The position numbers were made by a program, and so were the translations under genes. The notes below the pieces were generated by a model, which ran no database searches, was not told where the DNA came from, and was given only the letters and a program-made list of their open reading frames with translations. From Candidatus Bathyarchaeota archaeon (GTDB taxonomy: Archaea > Thermoproteota > Bathyarchaeia > Bathyarchaeales > Bathycorpusculaceae): a DNA stretch of 64,000 bases. The stretch spans positions 768,001 to 832,000 of the forward strand of contig OY970280.1 of the NCBI GenBank assembly GCA_963715865.1, given 5' to 3'. Positions within the stretch are counted from its first letter, which is position 1. The number at the start of each line of letters is the position of its first letter. Positions 39,535 through 49,643 of the stretch are shown here, in pieces.

Positions 39535-39765
39535 ATGGCGTTTGACATATTAACGCTATTAACGTCGCCATTGATGTATACACTGGCTTTTCTTTCGTTC
39601 ACAGCTGTTCTTTTCTTTCTGTTGGGAAAGTTTCATCAATCTTTCTTTAGAGGCTTCTCTCTGCTTGATAGAGAAAAACTTGTTCTTGTGAGCAACATTT
39701 TTTCTGTTGCCAGTATAATATTATCAATTTATATTATCTATATGCAATACATGCTTTTGTTTTAG
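39535..39765 (+). CDS. small two-TM membrane protein
   Basis: Two hydrophobic helices; starts 1 nt after the upstream stop. Confidence 0.55.
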   Translation: MAFDILTLLTSPLMYTLAFLSFTAVLFFLLGKFHQSFFRGFSLLDREKLVLVSNIFSVASIILSIYIIYMQYMLLF

Positions 39766-39788
39766 TAAAAAACCAATGGTGAAAAAAA

Positions 39789-40166
39789 TTGTATAAACGA
39801 TTTTGGCTTATCTTAGCTGTAACTATACTCACTGATGTTACAGTCTTGAAAATAAGCGAATTTTCTGTTTTTATACCTTTACGTTGGGTTATTAGCCTTA
39901 TTTTTTCTTTAGTTCTTCCTGGTTATTGCTTGCTTGAAGCCTTGTTTTCCCCTAATGAAATCGACTTAGTGGTTAAGGCTTGTTTAAGTGTTATTTTGAG
40001 TTTCTGTCTTCTTGCGTTAGTTGGATTGCTTATAAACTATCTATTCGGCAATATTACTCTTTTAAACTTGATGATTTTCATCTCTTTTGAAATAATAATT
40101 TTAGCTACAATCGGTGGCCTCAAGCATTCACGATTTCAAGCCACTAGAAACATCATAGTCGATTAA
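39789..40166 (+). CDS. DUF1616 N-terminal membrane part
   Basis: LIFSLVLPGY.L..ALF...+D....LSV.LS pattern. Confidence 0.65.
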   Translation: MYKRFWLILAVTILTDVTVLKISEFSVFIPLRWVISLIFSLVLPGYCLLEALFSPNEIDLVVKACLSVILSFCLLALVGLLINYLFGNITLLNLMIFISFEIIILATIGGLKHSRFQATRNIIVD

Positions 40167-40501
40167 GGCACTGTTAACCTGAAAGAAGAATATAATAACC
40201 GATGGGTCAAAATGAATATGATGGCATATTTAGCAAGGGTCTATTTCGCTATAGGTGGTTCATAAACTGCTTTAAGCCGCTTGCTCAAGATTCATTAACT
40301 CATGACTTCAATGCAAGAGGGGTCGTCGGGAATGTTGCGAGTTCTAGTTTGACTGGTGTCTGGAGTGCTAATGCGTTGAGTAAAGTTAAGTGCGGGATGA
40401 TATCCATAAAAGTTAAAGGAACCCTTTTATGCGGGGAATGTGAGAAATACAATTTTCAAAATTAACTTCGAAAATTCAGGATTAAGGCTGTTGAGACTTG
40501 T

Positions 40502-41227
40502 ATGGTAAACCTAAAACGTTTTAAATTGAACAGCGATAAACAAGTATTAATAGCTGGAATAGTTTGCTCTGTTGTCTTATTATCTTTTGTAGTGTATGTT
40601 TTTACGTTACCGGCACCAACTCAGCCCATTTTTCCCATGTGGGTTGTTGAACAAAACGGTGCGATTCCAAGTTCAGAGATGAACATAACCTTAGGGAATC
40701 AATCTGGACTTTTAATTGGCGTTCAAAATCAAATGGGGAAGCTTCAGTACTGTTCGATTGTGGTAAAATTTAGGAATTTATCTTCCCCCCCGCCGGTCTC
40801 TGCCAATGCAACTGTTCAAAGCAAAGCAAGCCCTCTCCATCCTATAATGAGTTTTAGCTTAGTGCTCACCAATAATGAAACATGGGTAACACCGTTTAAC
40901 TTTAAGTTCCTCTGGGAAGGCAACATTGACAACAGCTACACTATCAATTCAGTGGTGATAAATGACCAAAGTTATAATTTAACCGAGCCCATACAAAACG
41001 GAAACTTGCAAAATTCTTCATACCAATTTTTGTTTGAACTCTGGACGAAGAATACACCAGAAGAGAACTATAATTTTTCGGGAATATGGGTATCTTCTCC
41101 ATTCTTAATATTTAATCAAAATATAAGCCTAACTTCTACTTCGACTCCAGAACCAACGCCAACTTCGATGATTAATGTTGATTTTTCTGCTACTGACTCT
41201 GTTTCATCAATCAAAGATGTACTATAA
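40502..41227 (+). CDS. DUF1616 C-terminal-like exported domain with N-terminal TM
   Basis: TM helix then ...IGVQNQMGKLQY.S+.V, ETW..PF.F, YQFLFELW; many N-x-S/T sites. Confidence 0.55.
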   Translation: MVNLKRFKLNSDKQVLIAGIVCSVVLLSFVVYVFTLPAPTQPIFPMWVVEQNGAIPSSEMNITLGNQSGLLIGVQNQMGKLQYCSIVVKFRNLSSPPPVSANATVQSKASPLHPIMSFSLVLTNNETWVTPFNFKFLWEGNIDNSYTINSVVINDQSYNLTEPIQNGNLQNSSYQFLFELWTKNTPEENYNFSGIWVSSPFLIFNQNISLTSTSTPEPTPTSMINVDFSATDSVSSIKDVL

Positions 41228-41385
41228 AGTCTACAACCATAATACAAACAGTTAGGTTTTCTCCACTAACGTAATGTTGCAAAGGCACCCTACGATGACG
41301 ATAAACCGTTCTTGGTATTATACTTTCTATGTATGGGTGTCCGTCAGACTCACAGAAGTTCATTGGGATCAAAATATAAGTAACA

Positions 41386-42135
41386 TTGGCACATAAGAAG
41401 CAAAAATATGGTGTTGACCCTATGAAATTGAACTCAATAGTAAGGTACTCAATAGTTATGATTACTGCTGAGGTTGGCATACTTCTTTTCGTGTTGTCTT
41501 TCTATTATTTTCCATCGAATATTCTTATGATTTTGACAGGCTTAACCCTTATAATTTCGGCTGTTTCCTTTGCTTATACAACTTCTACTAGGATGGTACA
41601 AGCAAGAGTTATAACATCACAAATAAGTAGTTTAACTTTGACTCTTAATCGCCTACTTAAGGAGGCAGGATACGAAGGAAAAACTTGTTTCTTGCCCCCT
41701 CAATTACCGGGGGAACCGCCTGTTCAGTTAATAGGTAGTAAACCTATTATTCCCACTGGTCTTCATCTTGAATCAATTTTTGAGAAAGAAACTGGGGTTG
41801 ATTTTTTTTCAATCGACCTTAAGCAATTAGAAGAGCTTTTAGTGAAAGTGATTGTCGATAAGCTCGAAATTGCTAGCGGATTCGGAATTTTAGATAAAGA
41901 CGGAGTCATATACATTCGGATGAAGGGTTTTGCATTGTATGAATTTTACAATTACTTGCAGGAGACGACTTCTCAAGATTACTTATCGCTGAGTCCTACT
42001 GTTAGTGCCTTAGCATGCGCTATTGCTAAAGCTACCAAAAAAGCCGTTTGGATTGACCAAGTTTTTCTTAGAAAACAAAATCTTGAAATTAAATTTAGGT
42101 ATGGTTCCACAGATGTAGGGGTAAAGATTCCTTGA
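41386..42135 (+). CDS. membrane-anchored hypothetical protein of archaeal glycan loci
   Basis: Two N-terminal TMs, PTG..L...FE, C-terminal SP.VSALACAIAKAT (V4R-like). Confidence 0.65.
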   Translation: MAHKKQKYGVDPMKLNSIVRYSIVMITAEVGILLFVLSFYYFPSNILMILTGLTLIISAVSFAYTTSTRMVQARVITSQISSLTLTLNRLLKEAGYEGKTCFLPPQLPGEPPVQLIGSKPIIPTGLHLESIFEKETGVDFFSIDLKQLEELLVKVIVDKLEIASGFGILDKDGVIYIRMKGFALYEFYNYLQETTSQDYLSLSPTVSALACAIAKATKKAVWIDQVFLRKQNLEIKFRYGSTDVGVKIP

Positions 42136-42177
42136 CTTTCTCAATAAAGCGTTATTAGATATGAAAACAAAAAAAGG

Positions 42178-42930
42178 ATGTGGCTGGTAACTTTTATGGG
42201 CAAGCTTTTCTCTTCAGGACCACAGCCTTGGTCAGAAACTCCGTGGCTGGAAAGAAGTAAATTCTTTGATTATCTTTTTATGCGCTTTCTTGAATTTAAC
42301 GATGCTAAAGTAAATGGTGTCTGTGTTGACATAGGTTGTGGAGACGATAGGTCTATTGGCAACGCTTTGTTTCTTTTAAAGTATTTCTCGGAAGTAGTCT
42401 GTACTGATTTAAACAAGCAAGGACTAAAAAATCATCAAGAAAAATCTAAAAAGCTAAGAAAGCAAACTGCATATGTGGTTGCAGATGCGCAGCATTTACC
42501 TTTTAAAAATGAATCAGTCGATGGAGTCTCTGCTTTTTCATTAATTGAGCATTTGCCTAAGCAGATTGAATTTATTGGTGAAGTGAGGCGTATACTTGTG
42601 GATGATTCATTGTTCATACTGCAATTTCCTAACAGACAATTTCCACTTGAAGTCCATACTGGTGTACCTTTTCCAAGCATTATTCCGATAAAAGTACAAA
42701 AGCGGTGGGGTCAGTTTATGTATGGATGGATTGATTTCGAGCTGAATAGCCTTACGAAGAAGGCAGCCATAAAATTATGCGAGATGTCGTTTAAGTCGAT
42801 CTCCATTCAAAATGTCAATTTTACCGAAAATCTGATTCCAATTAAATTTAGAGTAATTAAAAAGGTTTTGGAAAAATCAGGTTTTCTTAAATTTGTTCCA
42901 ATGGGTTACTTTTTCATTTGCACTACCTGA
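42178..42930 (+). CDS. class I SAM-dependent methyltransferase (Methyltransf_11)
   Basis: VDIGCG, ADAQHLPF, LIEHL, PNRQFP.E.HT. Confidence 0.85.
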   Translation: MWLVTFMGKLFSSGPQPWSETPWLERSKFFDYLFMRFLEFNDAKVNGVCVDIGCGDDRSIGNALFLLKYFSEVVCTDLNKQGLKNHQEKSKKLRKQTAYVVADAQHLPFKNESVDGVSAFSLIEHLPKQIEFIGEVRRILVDDSLFILQFPNRQFPLEVHTGVPFPSIIPIKVQKRWGQFMYGWIDFELNSLTKKAAIKLCEMSFKSISIQNVNFTENLIPIKFRVIKKVLEKSGFLKFVPMGYFFICTT

Positions 42931-42984
42931 CGCAGTAAAGTTGCCAATATTAGGGACATTTGGGTTAACCGATGAAGGAGAAGG

Positions 42985-44412
42985 TCAAGAAGAAAGCGGA
43001 TCAGTTCCAGAATCGCTTACTCCAACATTTCCATGCAGGTAAACTTGCGTGCAATGACCTAAGCTTACTTTTGTCCCACTTATTCCGGTGAAATTGCTGT
43101 AAAGTATGCGAACGTAATGTGAGTTCTGCACATAGTCCGTGACACCGTTTGCACCAGATAAAGTCACGTTTAGAATGTTAACGTTCAATGCTGACACGAG
43201 GCATATAGCGCCATTATAGTCAGTTGGAGAGTTAATTGAACCTCCAGAAATAGTGACGTTGTTTGCTCCAATCCATATGGCGTTTGAACTCAGAATGGTG
43301 TTATTTATGAATTGAACGTTAAAAGTCTGAGAATTTGTGTAAGTTGCTAAAGGAAGGTTGCAGTTAGATACTGTGTTGTTGGTGACGATGTTGTTGTTTG
43401 AATTTAAAATGTGTATTCCTGCACTTTCACCTATATTGTTCTGCCCGTTCACTATGTTGTTAGCAATCAGGGTATTATTCCTAGTTGAAGCTAAATCATC
43501 TTCGCATGCTGAAACGTTATTGTTTAAAATATTGATGTTTTGACTCCATTCTGCCGCGATTCCCCAGTGGCTTGCTCCAGAATATTGAGTAACGTTTGAA
43601 ACGGTGTTTCCTTTGATAGTTACATTATTAACATACCAAGAGTTTATACCAACATCTTGACCCCCATTTACAACACAACTTTCTACGGTAGTATTACTGT
43701 AAAAGCTTGCGTCATTGCCTTCAATCGTAATTGGATTATCGCCAGCGTTTATCACCGTACAATTGTAGACATATCCATTACTTACTTGGCGTAAGTCAAT
43801 GCCTTGGCCTATTACATTTTGTAAAACAAGATTTTTGACGATAATATTACTGTAAACTGCACCATAAAATGATATGCCAAAGTACTGACTAAAGTAACTA
43901 CCCCATGTGCTTGTTCCACGGTGATCTACTAATGTACCTTTATTTCCATTCCAGTTACCTCCGTCGACAACAAAGTTTTGCACGTTTGATTTCGTAACAA
44001 GAAGTGAAATACTTGCTCCAAGACTTGATGGGGTGTTTTGGTAAATTGTTGCTGAGGATGAAACTTGAAGGTATACGCCAGTTTGTGCGATTAAGGGGGT
44101 ATTTAATCGGAACGACCCATTTCCTATTTTTACTGTTCCGCCTCCGTTTTGGCTCGCGGTTTGCATGGCATCATTGATTAGTTTTGAGGCATAATTGGGG
44201 TCGGTAGCGTATGTTTGCTGATTTCCTTGATTGACAGCGTAATATGTGCCGTTGCTGTATTGACCGATATAATAGGTGTTCACTGAGTAAGAGTATGATA
44301 TCTGACCTGTGCTACTTATTGAAATGCTTACATTCAGTGCTGAAAGTGCCAAAGGAGATAATAAAAGGACTAACAGCACTGCTAGAATGGCTAAAGCCAC
44401 ATTTTGTCTCAT
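42985..44412 (-). CDS. secreted right-handed parallel beta-helix protein (pectate-lyase-3-like) with pilin-like N-terminal strand
   Basis: Signal peptide, then ALNVSISISSTGQI; INDAM..A..NGGGTVKI..G.F; repeated N+TI.NN.V beta-helix coils. Confidence 0.8.
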   Translation of the reverse strand: MRQNVALAILAVLLVLLLSPLALSALNVSISISSTGQISYSYSVNTYYIGQYSNGTYYAVNQGNQQTYATDPNYASKLINDAMQTASQNGGGTVKIGNGSFRLNTPLIAQTGVYLQVSSSATIYQNTPSSLGASISLLVTKSNVQNFVVDGGNWNGNKGTLVDHRGTSTWGSYFSQYFGISFYGAVYSNIIVKNLVLQNVIGQGIDLRQVSNGYVYNCTVINAGDNPITIEGNDASFYSNTTVESCVVNGGQDVGINSWYVNNVTIKGNTVSNVTQYSGASHWGIAAEWSQNINILNNNVSACEDDLASTRNNTLIANNIVNGQNNIGESAGIHILNSNNNIVTNNTVSNCNLPLATYTNSQTFNVQFINNTILSSNAIWIGANNVTISGGSINSPTDYNGAICLVSALNVNILNVTLSGANGVTDYVQNSHYVRILYSNFTGISGTKVSLGHCTQVYLHGNVGVSDSGTDPLSS

Positions 44413-44645
44413 TTAAAGTCGGTATCTTACAGTTTCAGATATAATTAAATCTTTGTGCGGATGTGTTTAACAGATAAACAGTTTAAATAGTCTGTGACAT
44501 TTTTTAAATTTGAAAATAAATCAAACAAACTAAATAATTTGAAATAAGGGTAAATCCAGTTAGATCTTTCTTGGTTTTTGATATGTTACGGGTCACACTT
44601 CCGCGGTTGGAAGCTTTCAGTTGTTTCTAGGGAAGATGCTTTCAA

Positions 44646-44826
44646 CCATGTATGTTCATAGGCATATTTTGGACCTAGAAAAAATACGAAACCGTAATAG
44701 ACTTTAAATCTTCAGCAAAAATACTTCTAGCTTCGTCGATTGCAGCCATGATCACGTACCTCTTCTTGTATTTTCTCAACATGGCTTATTGGATTCAGCT
44801 TGTAACTGGTTTAGTCCTTTTTTGCG
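44646..44826 (+). pseudogene. relic of a Wzx-type oligosaccharide flippase C-terminal region
   Basis: PCMFIGIFWT*KKYETVIDFKSSAKILLASSIAAMITYLFL...WIQLVTG; in-frame TAG at 44676; no 5' part. Confidence 0.6.
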
Positions 44827-44887
44827 GAGCTGGAAAAAGCCTAGTGCCTAATCCAGCAGCTGGAATGATAACTTTACGAATCGCCAA
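44795..44887 (-). pseudogene. galU: 5' relic of UTP-glucose-1-phosphate uridylyltransferase
   Basis: TTG-AIRKVIIPAAGLGTRLFPA then unrelated sequence; GAGGT 10 nt upstream; stop after 30 aa. Confidence 0.75.
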
Positions 44888-45471
44888 TACCCTGTTTACC
44901 TCTTCCCTTCTCATTTCTCACCCGTCCGTTAAATACAATATGAATAAAAAATATGAATTGCTAAATAGTTGCTAGAATAACTTGAAATCAGGACACCCTC
45001 GTCAGGGCATTGTAGATACGATGATTATGAACGAAAATGGAATTCGCAGGAACTTGCCCGTCTATTATAGTCGATAATGTTCAATTAACCCTTTCGGGAC
45101 TGCTTTCCACGCTTCGGAAACTACGCGGGTTGTAAGTAGTATTTTGCCTGATTTCTGCAGATGAAAAAATAGACGTAAATATCATCAAATATATTTACTA
45201 CCAAAACATAAGTAAGAATTCCCATATATTCGTTTGAGGAGTAATTTAGGAGAAGAAGAGCACGGTATGAGGAGAAATCAGCTAGCAGTAGCGAATATGC
45301 TCTGCTTTTCAGCAAAGGTTGACATATCCCAGTTTTTGAACTATTCAAGCTCTGAAAACGTCGCTTACACCATGATACCCGACTCTCCAACTACAACCAG
45401 ACATAATAACCCCTACCTCTATGCCAAGAGCCCAAATCTAAGTCAACAAAAACCATCAGGATGAAAGAAAC

Positions 45472-48400
45472 ATGAAAAAACTACAAATCCTAATAATCGC
45501 ATTTCTAATTTCGTTATCAATATGCGCATTCGCGAGTATGCAAGCCAAAGCTGTGGGACAGTACCAGGTGACGTTCTCCAGTTCTGTTCTTGGTGCTGAT
45601 GCTACTGGAAACTTGGTGAGTTTCAGCGTTAGTGGCGGCTCATATTCTGGTGCTACTAGTCCGATTGACGTTCCTGGCGGTTCCATCTTGGTTGATGACG
45701 GTGCGACCGTTATCTACAGCTTCGTTAATCCTGTAGCGAGCACATTTACTGGCGAGCAGTATCGGCTTGACAGTGTTACTGGTTCTACTTCTCCAATTAC
45801 TGTTACTGGCGACACCACGGTTACTGGCAATTATGTGGCTCAGTATTTGTTGACTGACTCTTTGGATTCTGGTGCGGTTAATTCTATTACTGCTTCTCCG
45901 ACTGGTGATTCTTGGTATGACAGCGGGACGACGGTTATTGTGGTTTTGAATAATGTTTGGGATGCTTCTTCCTCTACACGGACCAACTTGTTCAGCTACA
46001 CTGTTGATTCTACTCCTACGCCGGTGACTAGAAGCAATACTGGTACGGTTACTGTTCCTGATATCGTCATGAGTGCTGCTCACAGTATCAGTGATGCTTC
46101 TAAGACTCAGTATTTGTTGACGGTTACTGGTGGAAACGGCATAACTTATGGGACTGCTTCGCCTACTGGTGACCAATGGTATGACTCGGGCACAAGCACA
46201 ACAGTCTCTTCGAATTGGGTTTGGGGTACTTCTGGCTCAATGCGTACTACGTTGACAAACTGGAACCTTGATGGTGGTTCTAACCAGAACCCGGCTAGGG
46301 CTAATTCTGGAACCCTAACAACTAGCTCTGTTGCTATGTCCGCAGCTCACACGGTCAACTTCATTTCAACTATGCAGTACTATCTGACGGTTACTGGTGG
46401 AAACAGCATAACTTATGGCGCTGCGTCGCCGACATCGGACAACTGGTATGATTCTGGTACTTTTACGACGGTTAGTTCCAACGGAATTTATAACCGAGCA
46501 AGCGGAACTGGAACTCGCGTTTCATCATGGAACATTGACAGCGGCTCAAACACTAATGTAGCAACAACTGGAATCGTTTCGACATCTTCCGTCTCGATGT
46601 CAACATATCACACTGTAAACTTCAACACGGTTACTCAATATCAAGTGACGCTGGATACTGGTGCAACCAGTGCGCTTTCATCTATTACTTCACCAACAAT
46701 AAGTGGAGATAATTATTGGTATGACAGTGGCACTACAGTTACAATTGCTCTCAATGGTGTCTATGGAAGAGGTAGCGGCGCAGGAACAAGAATCACAGGA
46801 TATGAACTTAATAGCGGTTCAAACAATCCTGAATCTACAACGGGTACGTTTAACGCTTTTAGTGGTGCTATTTCAAATCACGAATATGTTACGACGGCAA
46901 CTGTAACTCAATACCAAGTAACTTTAGATTCAGGTGCTACATTAGCTCTAAACTCTATCACGACCCCAACAATAAGTGGCGACAACTATTGGTACGACTC
47001 AGGCACATCAGTTACTTTGGTTCTTAACGGAGTCTATGGCAGGTCTGGAGGCTCAGGAACGAGAATCAGCGGATACAAAATTAACGCTGGCTCCAATAAC
47101 CCTGAATCCACAACCGGCGCTTTCGTCGTCCTTAATGCATTAAGCATCAGTTCAGCCCAGTCGATAACAACCACAACCGTGACACAGTTCTTTTTGACGG
47201 TGACTGGTGGCAACGGAATCACTTATGGGGCTGCACCCACAATTTCAGGCGATACAGGTTGGTATGACTCTGGAACTTCCACGACCGTTTCGTCCAATTG
47301 GGTCTGGAACATAGTAGCTGGTCAAAGTCGAACTGCACTTACAAATTATGCTATTGATTCTACGAATCAAAATCCTACACGATCAAACACAGGAACTTTA
47401 ACGACCTCTTCTATTTCTATGACTACATTTCACACAGTTGCGTTCGCTTTGACAACACAATATTATCTCTCTGTCAGTGGGGGAAACGGTGTTTCTTATG
47501 GAACCGCTTCACCTACCAACGATAATTGGTACGATTCAGGCAGTTCTACTACTGTTTCGTCTAACTGGGAGTGGAATGTGGTTTCTGGTCAGTCCAGAAC
47601 AGCGATAAACAATTATGCGATAGATGGCTCGAACCAGAATCCTGCGAGGCAAGGCTCTGGTACATTAACTACTTCTTCAATCATCATGTCCACTTACCAT
47701 ACCGTCGTTTTTGCATCCACAACTCAGTACTATCTGATGGACGCGACGATTTCTGGTTCTGAATACTCGATCACGGCTTCTCAGACGAATGATGGCTGGT
47801 ATGACAGTGGAACTAACGTTTACGTGGTGTTGAACAATGTTTGGGGTGTCTTGGATGGGAGCAGAAGCAACCTTGTTAGTTACACGGTTGACACTACGAC
47901 TACGATGGTTTCTAGGAGTGGCAGTGGGACCGTTTCGGTGCCGGCCATAATGATGAGTGCCGCTCATTCAGTTAGCGATGCAGCTCAGACTCAATACCAG
48001 TTGACGCTTTCTTACTCTGTAAGCGACGGCGGTTCTGGTTATTCTGCCCCCTCGTTTACGGCTAATCAGTTTGGTTCTCTGTACGGTCAGACTTTGACGA
48101 CTTCTGCTGCAGGTTACTGGTTTGACGCTGGCTCTTCGTGGACTGAGACAAATCCGTTGGGAGGTTCAGGAGGAACTGAGCGTTGGCAGACTAACCAGGC
48201 AGTTTCTGGCTCCGTTAGTTCCGCTCAAACCCTTGCTTTCGTTTATTATCATCAGTATCAGGTGACTTTTGCTGTTAGTCCTTCTGGAAGTGGATCAACA
48301 TCTCCTGCTGGTGCCAATGTTTGGGAGGCTGCTAGTTCTCTTGGCATATCTGCCACAGCAAACAGTTTTTATGTGTTCTCAAATTGGACAAGCAGCACTG

Positions 48401-49626
48401 GGTCAATTACATTTAGCAACGCAACCTCTGCATCTACGACCGCGACCATAAGTGGATCTGGAGTAATTACAGGTAACTTTTCACCTGTTTCGGATCACTT
48501 TTTCTTTAACCAAATTGGTTCTCAGATTGCGGGCACGTCGTTTACTGTAACGATTACGGATGAGGATTCTTCAGGGGGAACCATTACAAGCTATAGTGGC
48601 ACGCCGACTTTCACGTATTCTGCTGGATCTGTTACTCCGTCTTCTGCGACTGGCGGCTTCTCGAATGGAGTTTGGACCGGTTCAGTTACGGTGACTGTTG
48701 CTGGTTCAGGCGTTACTATTACAGCTACTGATGGTAGTCATACTGGGACGAGTAACTCGTTTACGGTAAATCATGCTGTTGCAGTCGCTAACGTTGTGAT
48801 TTCTCCTGCTGGTTCATCAGTTACAGCTGGGGCATCTAAGACTTATTCGGCTACGGCTTCTGACGCTTACGGTAACACATGGGATGTGACTTCTTCAACG
48901 ACTTGGAGCATAAGCTCTAGCGCGGGCGGTTCATGGAGCAGTAACGTTTACACTTCTGCGACTGCTGGTGCCTGGACAGTTACGGGCACTTATGCTTCTA
49001 CGGCTTACACTGCTGGTTTGACGGTGAATCCGGCTGGTCTGGATCATTTTGTCTTTAATGCTGTTGCGGCTCAGACTGCTGGTTCAGCTTTCAGCATAAC
49101 GGTTACTGCTGTTGATGCGTATGGCAACACGGTTACAGGCTATACTGGTACGCCGTCTTTGACGGTTTCTGCTGGGTCGATTAGTCCTGGCACTATGAAT
49201 GCTTTCGTTAACGGTGTAGGCTCGACTACGGTCACGGTGACTACTGCGGGTTCAAGCGTTACTATCACGGCTACTGATGGTGGTCATTCTGTGACGAGTA
49301 ACTCGTTTACAGTGACGGCTGCACCAACTCCTACTCCAACAGCAACGCCATCACCCTCACCAACTGCCACTCCGACCCCTACACCAACTCCAACACCTAT
49401 ACCTACAGCTACTCCTACTCCCACGATACCGTTACCTACTCAAACTCCATCAGCAACACTGCCGCCAGCACCATCATTAGGACTTGTGATTATCGTCGTC
49501 ACAACCGTCGCCGAAATCATTGTAATATTCACAGTAATAGCCATCAAACGTTCAAGACGAAAACCTGGCAACGCCCGTTTTTACACAGACAAGCTGACAA
49601 TTATTATATTCCAATCCTTGCAATAA
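45472..49626 (+). CDS. 1384-aa modular cell-surface protein (WYDSG repeats, InlB-B-like repeat, Ig-like domains, PT linker, C-terminal TM anchor)
   Basis: Sec signal peptide; eight ~90-aa QY..T...WYDSG modules; two DHF.F....Q.AG..F.+T+T Ig-like repeats; PT stalk; hydrophobic helix followed by KRSRRK. Confidence 0.88.
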   Translation: MKKLQILIIAFLISLSICAFASMQAKAVGQYQVTFSSSVLGADATGNLVSFSVSGGSYSGATSPIDVPGGSILVDDGATVIYSFVNPVASTFTGEQYRLDSVTGSTSPITVTGDTTVTGNYVAQYLLTDSLDSGAVNSITASPTGDSWYDSGTTVIVVLNNVWDASSSTRTNLFSYTVDSTPTPVTRSNTGTVTVPDIVMSAAHSISDASKTQYLLTVTGGNGITYGTASPTGDQWYDSGTSTTVSSNWVWGTSGSMRTTLTNWNLDGGSNQNPARANSGTLTTSSVAMSAAHTVNFISTMQYYLTVTGGNSITYGAASPTSDNWYDSGTFTTVSSNGIYNRASGTGTRVSSWNIDSGSNTNVATTGIVSTSSVSMSTYHTVNFNTVTQYQVTLDTGATSALSSITSPTISGDNYWYDSGTTVTIALNGVYGRGSGAGTRITGYELNSGSNNPESTTGTFNAFSGAISNHEYVTTATVTQYQVTLDSGATLALNSITTPTISGDNYWYDSGTSVTLVLNGVYGRSGGSGTRISGYKINAGSNNPESTTGAFVVLNALSISSAQSITTTTVTQFFLTVTGGNGITYGAAPTISGDTGWYDSGTSTTVSSNWVWNIVAGQSRTALTNYAIDSTNQNPTRSNTGTLTTSSISMTTFHTVAFALTTQYYLSVSGGNGVSYGTASPTNDNWYDSGSSTTVSSNWEWNVVSGQSRTAINNYAIDGSNQNPARQGSGTLTTSSIIMSTYHTVVFASTTQYYLMDATISGSEYSITASQTNDGWYDSGTNVYVVLNNVWGVLDGSRSNLVSYTVDTTTTMVSRSGSGTVSVPAIMMSAAHSVSDAAQTQYQLTLSYSVSDGGSGYSAPSFTANQFGSLYGQTLTTSAAGYWFDAGSSWTETNPLGGSGGTERWQTNQAVSGSVSSAQTLAFVYYHQYQVTFAVSPSGSGSTSPAGANVWEAASSLGISATANSFYVFSNWTSSTGSITFSNATSASTTATISGSGVITGNFSPVSDHFFFNQIGSQIAGTSFTVTITDEDSSGGTITSYSGTPTFTYSAGSVTPSSATGGFSNGVWTGSVTVTVAGSGVTITATDGSHTGTSNSFTVNHAVAVANVVISPAGSSVTAGASKTYSATASDAYGNTWDVTSSTTWSISSSAGGSWSSNVYTSATAGAWTVTGTYASTAYTAGLTVNPAGLDHFVFNAVAAQTAGSAFSITVTAVDAYGNTVTGYTGTPSLTVSAGSISPGTMNAFVNGVGSTTVTVTTAGSSVTITATDGGHSVTSNSFTVTAAPTPTPTATPSPSPTATPTPTPTPTPIPTATPTPTIPLPTQTPSATLPPAPSLGLVIIVVTTVAEIIVIFTVIAIKRSRRKPGNARFYTDKLTIIIFQSLQ
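45841..47991 (+). repeat. eight tandem ~270-nt WYDSG modules
   Basis: Module starts at 45841, 46108, 46375, 46636, 46909, 47185, 47458, 47725. Confidence 0.85.
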
Positions 49627-49643
49627 GACGCAGAGGGAATTGT

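Noticed and set aside
40202-40465. 87-aa ORF between the DUF1616 halves
   Set aside because: No RBS or domain pattern; probably spurious or decayed sequence.
28202-42930. Either methyltransferase as the DesVI N,N-dimethyltransferase
   Set aside because: Both show only generic class I motifs and no DesVI/TylM1-specific features I can recognise, so desosamine itself is not claimed.
44990-45131. Short stems (AACCC/GGGTT, TTTCC/GGAAA, CCCT/AGGG) suggesting an ncRNA
   Set aside because: Stems of 4-5 bp are expected by chance, there is no recognisable family motif, and the region is decayed.
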